DNA of 30,793 nucleotides from Alphaproteobacteria bacterium (GTDB lineage Bacteria; Pseudomonadota; Alphaproteobacteria; Rickettsiales; UBA6187): NCBI GenBank assembly GCA_024280585.1, contig JAJRPW010000109.1, positions 1 to 30,793 of the forward strand, read 5' to 3'. Shown piece by piece: positions 25,007 to 30,793 of this stretch (position 1 is its first letter; each line of letters starts with the position of its first letter). The notes under the pieces were generated by a model. It saw only the letters and a program-made list of their open reading frames with translations, ran no database searches and was not told where the DNA came from. The position numbers and the translations under genes were made by a program.

Positions 25007-25834
25007 ATGCCTACAACTAATTGTATATGGGAGCTGCAAAAAGCAGTATATTCTGAATTGAATGGTGATGCGACATTAGCTACGATGATCACGGGGATTT
25101 ATAGCCACGTGCCGCAAGATACGGCGTTCCCGTATGTGGTGATTGGCGATGTGTCATCCAGCGACGACTCAACCAAAGGCGCAACCATAAGTAGGGTCAA
25201 TGTTAGTTTAACTGCTTATAGCCGCGACCGTGGCAATAAAGAAGTTATGGAAATTATAGCAGAAATCAAAAGGATTTTAAATGATAATACCCCGGCAGTA
25301 ACGGGCTGCAGCATCATTAGCAACGAATTTTCAGACAGCCAGGTCACAGAAATAAGAGATGGGCTAACATGGCGGGGAAATATAGATTTTATTGTTGTAA
25401 TACAGGAGGGCGCGTCCAATTTATTGCAACATGGTGATTCTGTAGTACTAAAAATCGGTGATGGAGCAACCCCAACAGAAGGATTCAGCGAAATTGGAGG
25501 GCTTAAAAATACAAACTTTAATTTCAATAATGAATTGAGAGTGAGTGCTGATTTGAGCGGCGGCCAATGGCAGAATTTACTGGGATCAACGGGAATTCAA
25601 TCGCTCTCAATCGGCGGTGATGGCTATTTTAGCGATAGCGCAGCAGAGGAAACATTACGCGGATATGTATTCTCGGCTAGTAAAAATAATTATGAACTAC
25701 ATTTCGGTAATGGTGATAAAATTTCCGGAAGTTTTGTGGTGGATAACTATTCACGATCAGGCCGATTTAATGGAGTGGAAGCGTTCTCGCTGCTTTTGCA
25801 AAGTGCAGGGGGTGTGGTTTTTACGGCTGCTTAG
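25007..25834 (+). CDS. Fusion of DUF3168 tail terminator (g8-like) and tail tube/major tail protein domain (g9-like)
   Basis: N-half LQKAVYSEL...IYSHVPQDTAFPYVVIGD...WRGNIDF; C-half GDSVVLKIGDG...FSEIGGL...WQNLLGSTGIQSLSIGGDGYFSD...GSFVV...FSLLLQSAGGVVFTAA; no stop between the halves. Confidence 0.88.
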   Translation: MPTTNCIWELQKAVYSELNGDATLATMITGIYSHVPQDTAFPYVVIGDVSSSDDSTKGATISRVNVSLTAYSRDRGNKEVMEIIAEIKRILNDNTPAVTGCSIISNEFSDSQVTEIRDGLTWRGNIDFIVVIQEGASNLLQHGDSVVLKIGDGATPTEGFSEIGGLKNTNFNFNNELRVSADLSGGQWQNLLGSTGIQSLSIGGDGYFSDSAAEETLRGYVFSASKNNYELHFGNGDKISGSFVVDNYSRSGRFNGVEAFSLLLQSAGGVVFTAA

Positions 25835-25850
25835 GGGGTAAAAATTGTAA

Positions 25851-25879
25851 TTGCATTGTAACAAAAGCTGTTGTATAAT
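25851..25879 (+). promoter_or_regulatory. Sigma70-like promoter of the paralog pair
   Basis: TTGCAT-17 bp-TATAAT, 27 nt before ATG 25907. Confidence 0.7.
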
Positions 25880-25906
25880 GCGGCATCAAATTTTAAAAAG
25901 GTTGCA

Positions 25907-26413
25907 ATGACTGATATTTTAGACAAGCCACTGGCGGAAGATTTTTATGACTATGAGGGCTGGGTTAAGAGCCTTATGACGCATTATGTGGATAATAAAA
26001 AAATGCTGTCCAGGGATGCGCTGGAAATGCCAATTCGAGTGCTGGCAACGGCAATTCGTGAATTTACGTATATCGATATGAACTTCCCGGAAAATGTCTA
26101 TATTTTGTTAAAACAAGCCATCGACCCGATGTATGAACCGGACGAATATCACCGCAAGATTTATACGACTTTAAAGAATGGGGCGGTGGAAGAAAACGAA
26201 CCGGCACTAGACGTTATGGCCGAGTCATTACTCAATGTGCGTAAGCTTTTTGAGCAAAATAAGGAGTTCTACCTGCTTAATTTTAACAAAGAGATGGAAG
26301 GGATAAAAGAAGAAAGAGAATCCGAAAGGTTGCAAAAATTTGGCAATGTGGTACAATTGATAGTGAAAGTACATGTAAGACAAATCGCGAGGATGATCGC
26401 AGAAAGGAAATAA
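25907..26413 (+). CDS. Hypothetical all-helical protein, paralog A
   Basis: ATG 25907 preferred because the track's TTG 25871 lies within the promoter; aligns without gaps to 26415..26930. Confidence 0.8.
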   Translation: MTDILDKPLAEDFYDYEGWVKSLMTHYVDNKKMLSRDALEMPIRVLATAIREFTYIDMNFPENVYILLKQAIDPMYEPDEYHRKIYTTLKNGAVEENEPALDVMAESLLNVRKLFEQNKEFYLLNFNKEMEGIKEERESERLQKFGNVVQLIVKVHVRQIARMIAERK

Positions 26414-26414
26414 T

Positions 26415-26930
26415 ATGGGTGAATTCAAAGAGATGCCACTACCAGAAGATTTTTATAAAGCCGAAGACTGGCTGGAATCCTTGCTGGCACATTATTCCGA
26501 CAAACACCATAAACTATCCAGAAAAGCACTGCAAGAACCGGCGCGAGAACTTTCCGAGGCCATCCAGGGAGTGATTGATATTTATGGTAATTTCTCGGGC
26601 GATACACATAAATTATTGAGCCAGGCTGTTAATCCACTTTTTGCACCTCACGAATATGAAGATAGTGTCTATAAAACCATGAAAGAAGGCGCAGTCAATG
26701 AGAATAATAATTCGGTGGATATAATGGCTGAAAAGCTGCTGCATATCAGAAAAATATTCGAACGAGACAGGAAATATATCGCGGAAAATTATAGGACGCA
26801 AATTAAATTAATGGACGGAAATAGTATCGTCGAAAAAGAAGAAAAATTCACAGAAATCATGGGGTTGATCGCAAAAGTGCATACTTTGCAGGTTACCAAG
26901 ATGGTGCGGAAATATTGTGAGGAGGCGTAG
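26415..26930 (+). CDS. Hypothetical all-helical protein, paralog B
   Basis: Shared PL.EDFY..E.W..SL..HY.D, K.GAV.EN, D.MAE.LL..RK.FE and KVH motifs; 1-bp gap from paralog A. Confidence 0.8.
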   Translation: MGEFKEMPLPEDFYKAEDWLESLLAHYSDKHHKLSRKALQEPARELSEAIQGVIDIYGNFSGDTHKLLSQAVNPLFAPHEYEDSVYKTMKEGAVNENNNSVDIMAEKLLHIRKIFERDRKYIAENYRTQIKLMDGNSIVEKEEKFTEIMGLIAKVHTLQVTKMVRKYCEEA

Positions 26931-26933
26931 GTT

Positions 26934-27098
26934 GTGAGTAATAGAATTGAAAAAAGTGACAGTGTTAGTGATAGTGCTACGAAGATTGAGCCTAAGTCTG
27001 TATCACAGGCGGAAAAGGCGGTGGAAAGTAGCAAAGATTCGATAGCTCCCCCTTCGAGTGTGGTTGTAGATAGAAGCGACCCAAGCCTAACTATATAA
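26934..27098 (+). CDS. Possible 54-aa Ser-rich peptide
   Basis: GGAGG upstream of GTG; MSNRIEKSDSVSDSATKIEPKSVSQAEKAVESSKDSIAPPSSVVVDRSDPSLTI*. Confidence 0.3.
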   Translation: MSNRIEKSDSVSDSATKIEPKSVSQAEKAVESSKDSIAPPSSVVVDRSDPSLTI

Positions 27099-27205
27099 CG
27101 AAAATTTCAAAATTATTTAAGCCCTGTTAGAGAAATCTAGCGGGGTTTTTTTTGTGTCAGTTTTTAGAATTCAGAATGCTGATAACTAATAAAAAGGAGG
27201 ATAAA

Positions 27206-27808
27206 ATGCCTACATTTCATGAAACACAATTACCAACGGATATATCTTACGGATCATCGGGCGGACCGGAATTTTCAACCGACGTGGTGATAACACATAG
27301 CGGGGCGGAGCAACGCAACGCCAACTGGACACAAGCGCGCGCGGTTTATAATGTTGCGCATGGGGTCAAAACGCAAAGCCAGCTTGATGCGCTGATCGCG
27401 TTTTTCAGAGCGAGAAAGGGCAGGGCGTACGGTTTTCGATTCAAAGACTGGAGCGATTTTTCGGTGACGGCACAGGCAATCGGTACGGGTGATGGGGTTT
27501 TGACGCAGTTCCAGCTGGTTGAGACTTATACAAGCGGCAGCGAAACGGTCAGCCGCACGATTACCAAACCGGTTAGCGGGACGATTACTATATATGTTGA
27601 TGCGGTGGAGCAGGTTTCGGGTGTAAGCACCTCTACTACAACGGGAATGGTGACTTTTACATCCGCCCCGGCGAACGCAACGGCGATTACGGCAGATTTT
27701 GAGTTCGATACGCCGGTTCGGTTTGATACGGATCGGCTGTCGGCGTCACTGGACTCTTATGGGGTCAATAGCTGGACGGATATCCCGCTGGTTGAGGTTC
27801 GGGTTTAG
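27206..27808 (+). CDS. DUF2460/TIGR02217 distal tail protein (RcGTA g12-like)
   Basis: AAGGAGG RBS; FHETQLP..ISYGSSGGPEFST, FFRARKGRAYGFRFKDWSD and FEFDTPVRFDTD. Confidence 0.95.
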   Translation: MPTFHETQLPTDISYGSSGGPEFSTDVVITHSGAEQRNANWTQARAVYNVAHGVKTQSQLDALIAFFRARKGRAYGFRFKDWSDFSVTAQAIGTGDGVLTQFQLVETYTSGSETVSRTITKPVSGTITIYVDAVEQVSGVSTSTTTGMVTFTSAPANATAITADFEFDTPVRFDTDRLSASLDSYGVNSWTDIPLVEVRV

Positions 27809-27826
27809 TAACAAAGGCAGTGCTTA

Positions 27827-27970
27827 CCACTCCTTCCCCCTTTAAGGGGGAAGGTTGGGATGGGGGTGTTTTGTGCTAGCAAAAATAACTTATAGTTCGT
27901 TCACCCCCACCAAAATATTTTACTCACTTCGTTCGTCATATTTTGACTCCCCCCTTAAGGGGGAGTGGGG
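27827..27970. repeat. Pair of oppositely oriented BoxC-like palindromes, the second with an internal hairpin
   Basis: CCTTCCCCCTTTAAGGGGGAAGGTTGGGATGGGGG (27827-27866) and CACCCCCACC-AAAATAT...ATATTTT-GACTCCCCCCTTAAGGGGGAG (27903-27970). Confidence 0.7.
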
Positions 27971-27982
27971 TCAGAGTGATTT

Positions 27983-28381
27983 TTAAACCTCTCTTTCACT
28001 ATTTGCTTTCCTGCGGGCTAGTTTAGCAACTTGTGTGTCAGGGGTGGCTGCCTCTTTTCCGTTAACTAAATAGTTGAGAGTTTCGTAAATCGCAACTGAA
28101 AGTAAACCTTGTCCTGCTAGGCGTGCCATACCAATAAACTCTTTTAGAGTTGGAAGTGGAGGTGGAACAAGCAGCAGCATCTGTTGTTGTCTCGGTTCTT
28201 CTGCGTTGCTAATTTCAGGTATTGTTTGCTCTTCACTGCAAGGAGTTGTGCAAAAATACTTTGTTAAAGCAAAAGTCATAAGACTGCCCATGGCTATGGC
28301 AATCACAGCAAGAGTATCCTTAGAAAGGTTCTGCGAAGAGTTTTTTTCTGCTTTTGTCCTACTTACTGCTGTTTTTGGCAT
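27983..28381 (-). CDS. Small protein with two hydrophobic segments (cassette 1)
   Basis: GAGGA RBS upstream; TLAVIAIAMGSLMTFAL and FIGMARLAGQGLLSVAIY; C-terminus RRKANSEREV. Confidence 0.65.
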   Translation of the reverse strand: MPKTAVSRTKAEKNSSQNLSKDTLAVIAIAMGSLMTFALTKYFCTTPCSEEQTIPEISNAEEPRQQQMLLLVPPPLPTLKEFIGMARLAGQGLLSVAIYETLNYLVNGKEAATPDTQVAKLARRKANSEREV

Positions 28382-28394
28382 GACTCATTCCTCA

Positions 28395-28453
28395 ATAATA
28401 GTTTAAAAATTAATAAAACCTATTCGTAACGTTTTTTTTGCAGAGTCAAGGGG
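28395..28453 (-). repeat. 59-bp upstream/promoter block, copy 1
   Basis: Identical to 30059-30117; contains a minus-strand TTGACT; lies directly upstream of the 28381 ORF. Confidence 0.9.
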
Positions 28454-28468
28454 GATTTTGTTTTGTAT

Positions 28469-28520
28469 ACCCCTCATCCTAACCTTCTCCCCAAAAAAGG
28501 AGAAGGGACGTGGCAAAGAG
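28469..28520. repeat. BoxC-like palindrome with a 22-bp tail shared with 29553-29574
   Basis: CCCCTCATCCTAACCTTCTCCCCAAAAAAGGAGAAGGGACGTGGCAAAGAG. Confidence 0.75.
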
Positions 28521-28560
28521 AGCCTCAGAGAAAAATAAACCAACCAAAAAGGAAATAATC

Positions 28561-29403
28561 ATGAAAATTATATCAACACAGCTTGATGCCCATTTGGCAT
28601 TGGAAGTAACCACTACCGCTACCTGTTGGAAGCTGACGCGGCGGGATGCAACCGTGTTTGGGTTCACCAATCATGATCAGGATTTGGTGGTGGGTGGTGT
28701 CACATATCAGGCAACGAGCGGGTTTACACCCAGCGCGGTGGCAAATAATTCGGAGCTTTCCGTTGATAATCTCGACGTGGAAGGGGTTATAGATAGCGCG
28801 GTGATCGCGGAGGCGGATATCCAGGCGGGGCTTTATGACTATGCGCAGGTGGAGATTTTCATCGTAAATTACGCGGATTTAACGCAAGGGGCGCTGAATC
28901 TACGCACCGGCTGGCTCGGCGAGATCAAGTTTAGTAAGAATAAGTTTGTGGCAGAGGTGAGGGGGCTTATGCAAAACCTGGCGCAGGGAATCGGCAGTCT
29001 TTATTCGCCGTCATGCCGGGCAAAACTGGGCGATGCAGAATGTGGGATAACGCTGGCGAGTTTCACTGTTACAAGCAGCATCACAGCCGTTACAGATAAT
29101 CAGGTTTTTGCCGATTCAAGCCGGGCGGAGGCGGATGGATATTTTGCAGGCGGGGTGATTACCTTCACAAGCGGGCTCAATAATGGCCTGGCAATGGAGG
29201 TCAAAGAATTTGTCGGGGGGCTTGTGACGCTGGTTTTTCCAATGGCTTATACGGTGGCAGTGAATGATACATATTCGATGTATGCTGGGTGTGATAAGAG
29301 TTTTGGGACTTGCGGCACTAAGTTTAGTAATGTGGTGAATTTTCGGGGCGAGCCGCACGTGCCGGGGATTGATAGGGTGCTGAAAACGGCAGGGACGATT
29401 TAG
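28561..29403 (+). CDS. DUF2163 baseplate hub protein (RcGTA g13-like)
   Basis: AAGGA RBS before ATG 28561; TTATCWKLTRRD..VFGFTNHDQDL, CRAKLGDAEC and GCDKSFGTCGTKFSNVVNFRGEPHVPG. Confidence 0.95.
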   Translation: MKIISTQLDAHLALEVTTTATCWKLTRRDATVFGFTNHDQDLVVGGVTYQATSGFTPSAVANNSELSVDNLDVEGVIDSAVIAEADIQAGLYDYAQVEIFIVNYADLTQGALNLRTGWLGEIKFSKNKFVAEVRGLMQNLAQGIGSLYSPSCRAKLGDAECGITLASFTVTSSITAVTDNQVFADSSRAEADGYFAGGVITFTSGLNNGLAMEVKEFVGGLVTLVFPMAYTVAVNDTYSMYAGCDKSFGTCGTKFSNVVNFRGEPHVPGIDRVLKTAGTI

Positions 29404-29427
29404 GGAAGCAAAGGGCAGTGCCTATCG

Positions 29428-29574
29428 CCCCCCTCTCCCTGTGGGAGAGGGTCGGGGTGAGGGCCGGGATTAACTTTATTTCGGAAAATTCTGTTAGCTC
29501 CTGCCCTCATTCCTGAAACAAGTTCAGGACAGGCTGCACCTTCTCCCACATCGGAGAAGGGACGTGGCAAAGAG
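29428..29574. repeat. Two BoxC-like palindromes, the second with a nested CCTGAAACAAGTTCAGG hairpin
   Basis: CCCCCTCTCCCTGTGGGAGAGGGTCGGGGTGAGGG (29428-29463) and CCCTCATT-CCTGAAACAAGTTCAGG...CCTTCTCCCACATCGGAGAAGGG. Confidence 0.7.
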
Positions 29575-29655
29575 CAGAGTCAGAGTTCTTTTAACGCTCT
29601 ATTTCCTTGGATACTTCGGTCAAGTCTAAGTATGACGCTTTACTGTGTAGTTCTT

Positions 29656-30045
29656 TTAACGCTTTATTTCGCTACTTGCTTCCCTGCGGGATGTTACTGC
29701 TTCGGCATGTGTTTTTTCTTTGGCTTTATCGGCTAAGTTTAATAAGAGGTCGTTAATGCAACTAACTGCTAAGAAAGGAATAGTTGTTAAGCAAGATGTT
29801 AAGGTAAGTATTACTGATAAGGGTGATTGGAGAACAGGGACTATTACTTCGTATGGGATCGCACAATTTGGGGGGGCTTCTAGTCCTTCTGCACCTTCAT
29901 TAGTATTCATTTTATCTTCCCAGTGTCTGTAATCACTTTTCAGGTCTCCGCAGTCCTCAAGATAATTTTGTAAAGCAACAGTGGCGACAAAGCCTACAGG
30001 GAGTAAACACATACAAATCTGAGCAAAAGTCTCCGTTTTGGACAT
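29656..30045 (-). CDS. Small protein with two hydrophobic segments (cassette 2)
   Basis: AAGGA RBS upstream; ICMCLLPVGFVATVAL and LSVILTLTSCLTTIPFLAVSC; C-terminus KTHAEAVTSRREASSEIKR. Confidence 0.65.
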   Translation of the reverse strand: MSKTETFAQICMCLLPVGFVATVALQNYLEDCGDLKSDYRHWEDKMNTNEGAEGLEAPPNCAIPYEVIVPVLQSPLSVILTLTSCLTTIPFLAVSCINDLLLNLADKAKEKTHAEAVTSRREASSEIKR

Positions 30046-30058
30046 AGTAATATTCCTT

Positions 30059-30117
30059 ATAATAGTTTAAAAATTAATAAAACCTATTCGTAACGTTTTT
30101 TTTGCAGAGTCAAGGGG
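30059..30117 (-). repeat. 59-bp upstream/promoter block, copy 2
   Basis: Identical to 28395-28453 (offset 1664 bp). Confidence 0.9.
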
Positions 30118-30213
30118 ATTTTTGTTTTATCGATAACTAAAATAACTATTGCTTTATCCGAGGGATTGGAATATTTTGCCAATCTCGGTTTTTATAAAAA
30201 TTTATGGTATATA

Positions 30214-30411
30214 ATGAATTTTTTTGGTAGTTTCCTTGCAGGGATAGGTAGCGTCTTAACGTTTGGACAGGTTAGTGATAGTCGTAGACCACCATTTGCT
30301 TACCCGGTTAAAGCTCTGGCTCGTGACTGGGAAAATGTGGGATGGGATATAAAGCATACCATAAAAAACACTGTAAAAGGCAATAAGGAAGGTAGTAATG
30401 AGAAACCGTAA
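30214..30411 (+). CDS. Small protein of the type found upstream of DUF2335 genes
   Basis: FLAGIGSVL...ALARDWENVGWDIKHTI; overlaps the start of the DUF2335 gene. ATG 30214 preferred over the track start. Confidence 0.55.
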   Translation: MNFFGSFLAGIGSVLTFGQVSDSRRPPFAYPVKALARDWENVGWDIKHTIKNTVKGNKEGSNEKP

Positions 30412-30793
30412 GAATTATTCGCGCAATAAAGGTGGGCGTCCGCAAAGAGGCCCCAGGAATAATAATAGTGACGATAATAGTAACAAATCGCCACGCCCAA
30501 CACAGTCTATATTGCCACCGCCATCGGTGTTGCTGGAATATGAATATGTCAGGGAAGGTACCGCGCAACAAATCATAGAAATGGCGGAAACAGAACAGGA
30601 TCGTCGCAATGCATGGGAAGCATCATATTTGAGTTTTCATAAAAAAAGCCTGCGCTTAGGGCAGCTTTTCGGGTTTATTTTACTTTTATCAGTGGTTGGT
30701 GCCGTGGTTTATTTAGCTGATAACGGCAATGCGGAAGTGGCGAAAGTGCTGGCCGGCGCTGGGTTTTTGTCAGTTGCCGCCGCAAATTTTTTC
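30398..30793 (+). CDS. DUF2335 family membrane protein (3'-partial)
   Basis: Manual translation from ATG 30398: ...ILPPPSVLLEYEYVREGTAQQIIEMAETEQDRR...LGQLFGFILLLSVVGAVVYLA...; runs off the window end, so it is absent from the ORF track. Confidence 0.8.
   Translation, partial: MRNRKNYSRNKGGRPQRGPRNNNSDDNSNKSPRPTQSILPPPSVLLEYEYVREGTAQQIIEMAETEQDRRNAWEASYLSFHKKSLRLGQLFGFILLLSVVGAVVYLADNGNAEVAKVLAGAGFLSVAAANFF

Larger units (their letters stand above)
7871..29403 (+). mobile_element. RcGTA-like gene transfer agent / domesticated prophage head-tail cluster interleaved with cargo genes (probably continues past the window end)
   Basis: TerL, portal, protease, HK97 capsid, connector, adaptor, DUF3168/tail tube, DUF2460 and DUF2163 all on + in RcGTA order; no integrase, replication or lysis genes visible. 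Confidence 0.85.

Noticed and set aside
15202-25862. Recurring TGTAACA motif upstream of cargo genes (about 15204, 18518, 23101, 25857) as a dedicated operator
   Set aside because: At 15204 and 23101 it is simply the reverse complement of an extended -10 (TGTTACAAT). At the other two sites it lies in promoter spacers. Four short AT-rich matches are not enough.
28510-28560. N-terminal extension of DUF2163 from GTG 28510
   Set aside because: It begins in the BoxC repeat tail; ATG 28561 has an RBS and matches the family start. Similar upstream extensions at 8991, 18526, 21989, 25871, 27152 and 30166 were also trimmed.
7871-29403. Intact temperate prophage
   Set aside because: No integrase, repressor, replication or lysis genes; host genes such as rcdA are interspersed; DUF2460/DUF2163 and gene order are RcGTA-like. 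It cannot be fully excluded beyond the window.
1-30793. tRNA, rRNA, IS transposase or integrase genes
   Set aside because: No cloverleaf, rRNA signature or DDE/tyrosine recombinase motifs were seen; the transposase that mobilises the MITEs must be elsewhere.

Overview
Alphaproteobacterial DNA, probably a Rickettsiales-like lineage (inference from the terminase type, RPE-like repeats and RcdA). The first ~8 kb are housekeeping genes: a FadN-type beta-oxidation gene that is 5'-partial and joined to a Sel1 repeat, an EEP-family nuclease/phosphatase, an acyl-CoA dehydrogenase and a long OmpA-domain protein. From ~7.9 kb to the window end lies an RcGTA-like gene transfer agent (or domesticated prophage) morphogenesis cluster, largely in canonical order: DUF6456 regulator candidate, TerS candidate, TerL, portal, prohead protease, major capsid, head accessory protein, head-tail connector, adaptor, a tail terminator fused to a tail tube domain, DUF2460 and DUF2163. 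No integrase, replication or lysis genes are visible. Most structural genes are separated from the next by unrelated cargo, often with its own sigma70-like promoter. The cargo includes a non-canonical Fic protein, a protein with ~14-residue periodic EPIYA-like tyrosine motifs, a type I toxin-antitoxin-like cassette, rcdA, PAS_5, TerB-like, pilin-like and PH-domain genes, a paralog pair and two membrane ORFs sharing an identical 59-bp upstream block. RPE/MITE-like and BoxC-like palindromic repeats are abundant, and one sits in frame inside TerL. All family assignments come from motif recognition by eye; no database search was run.
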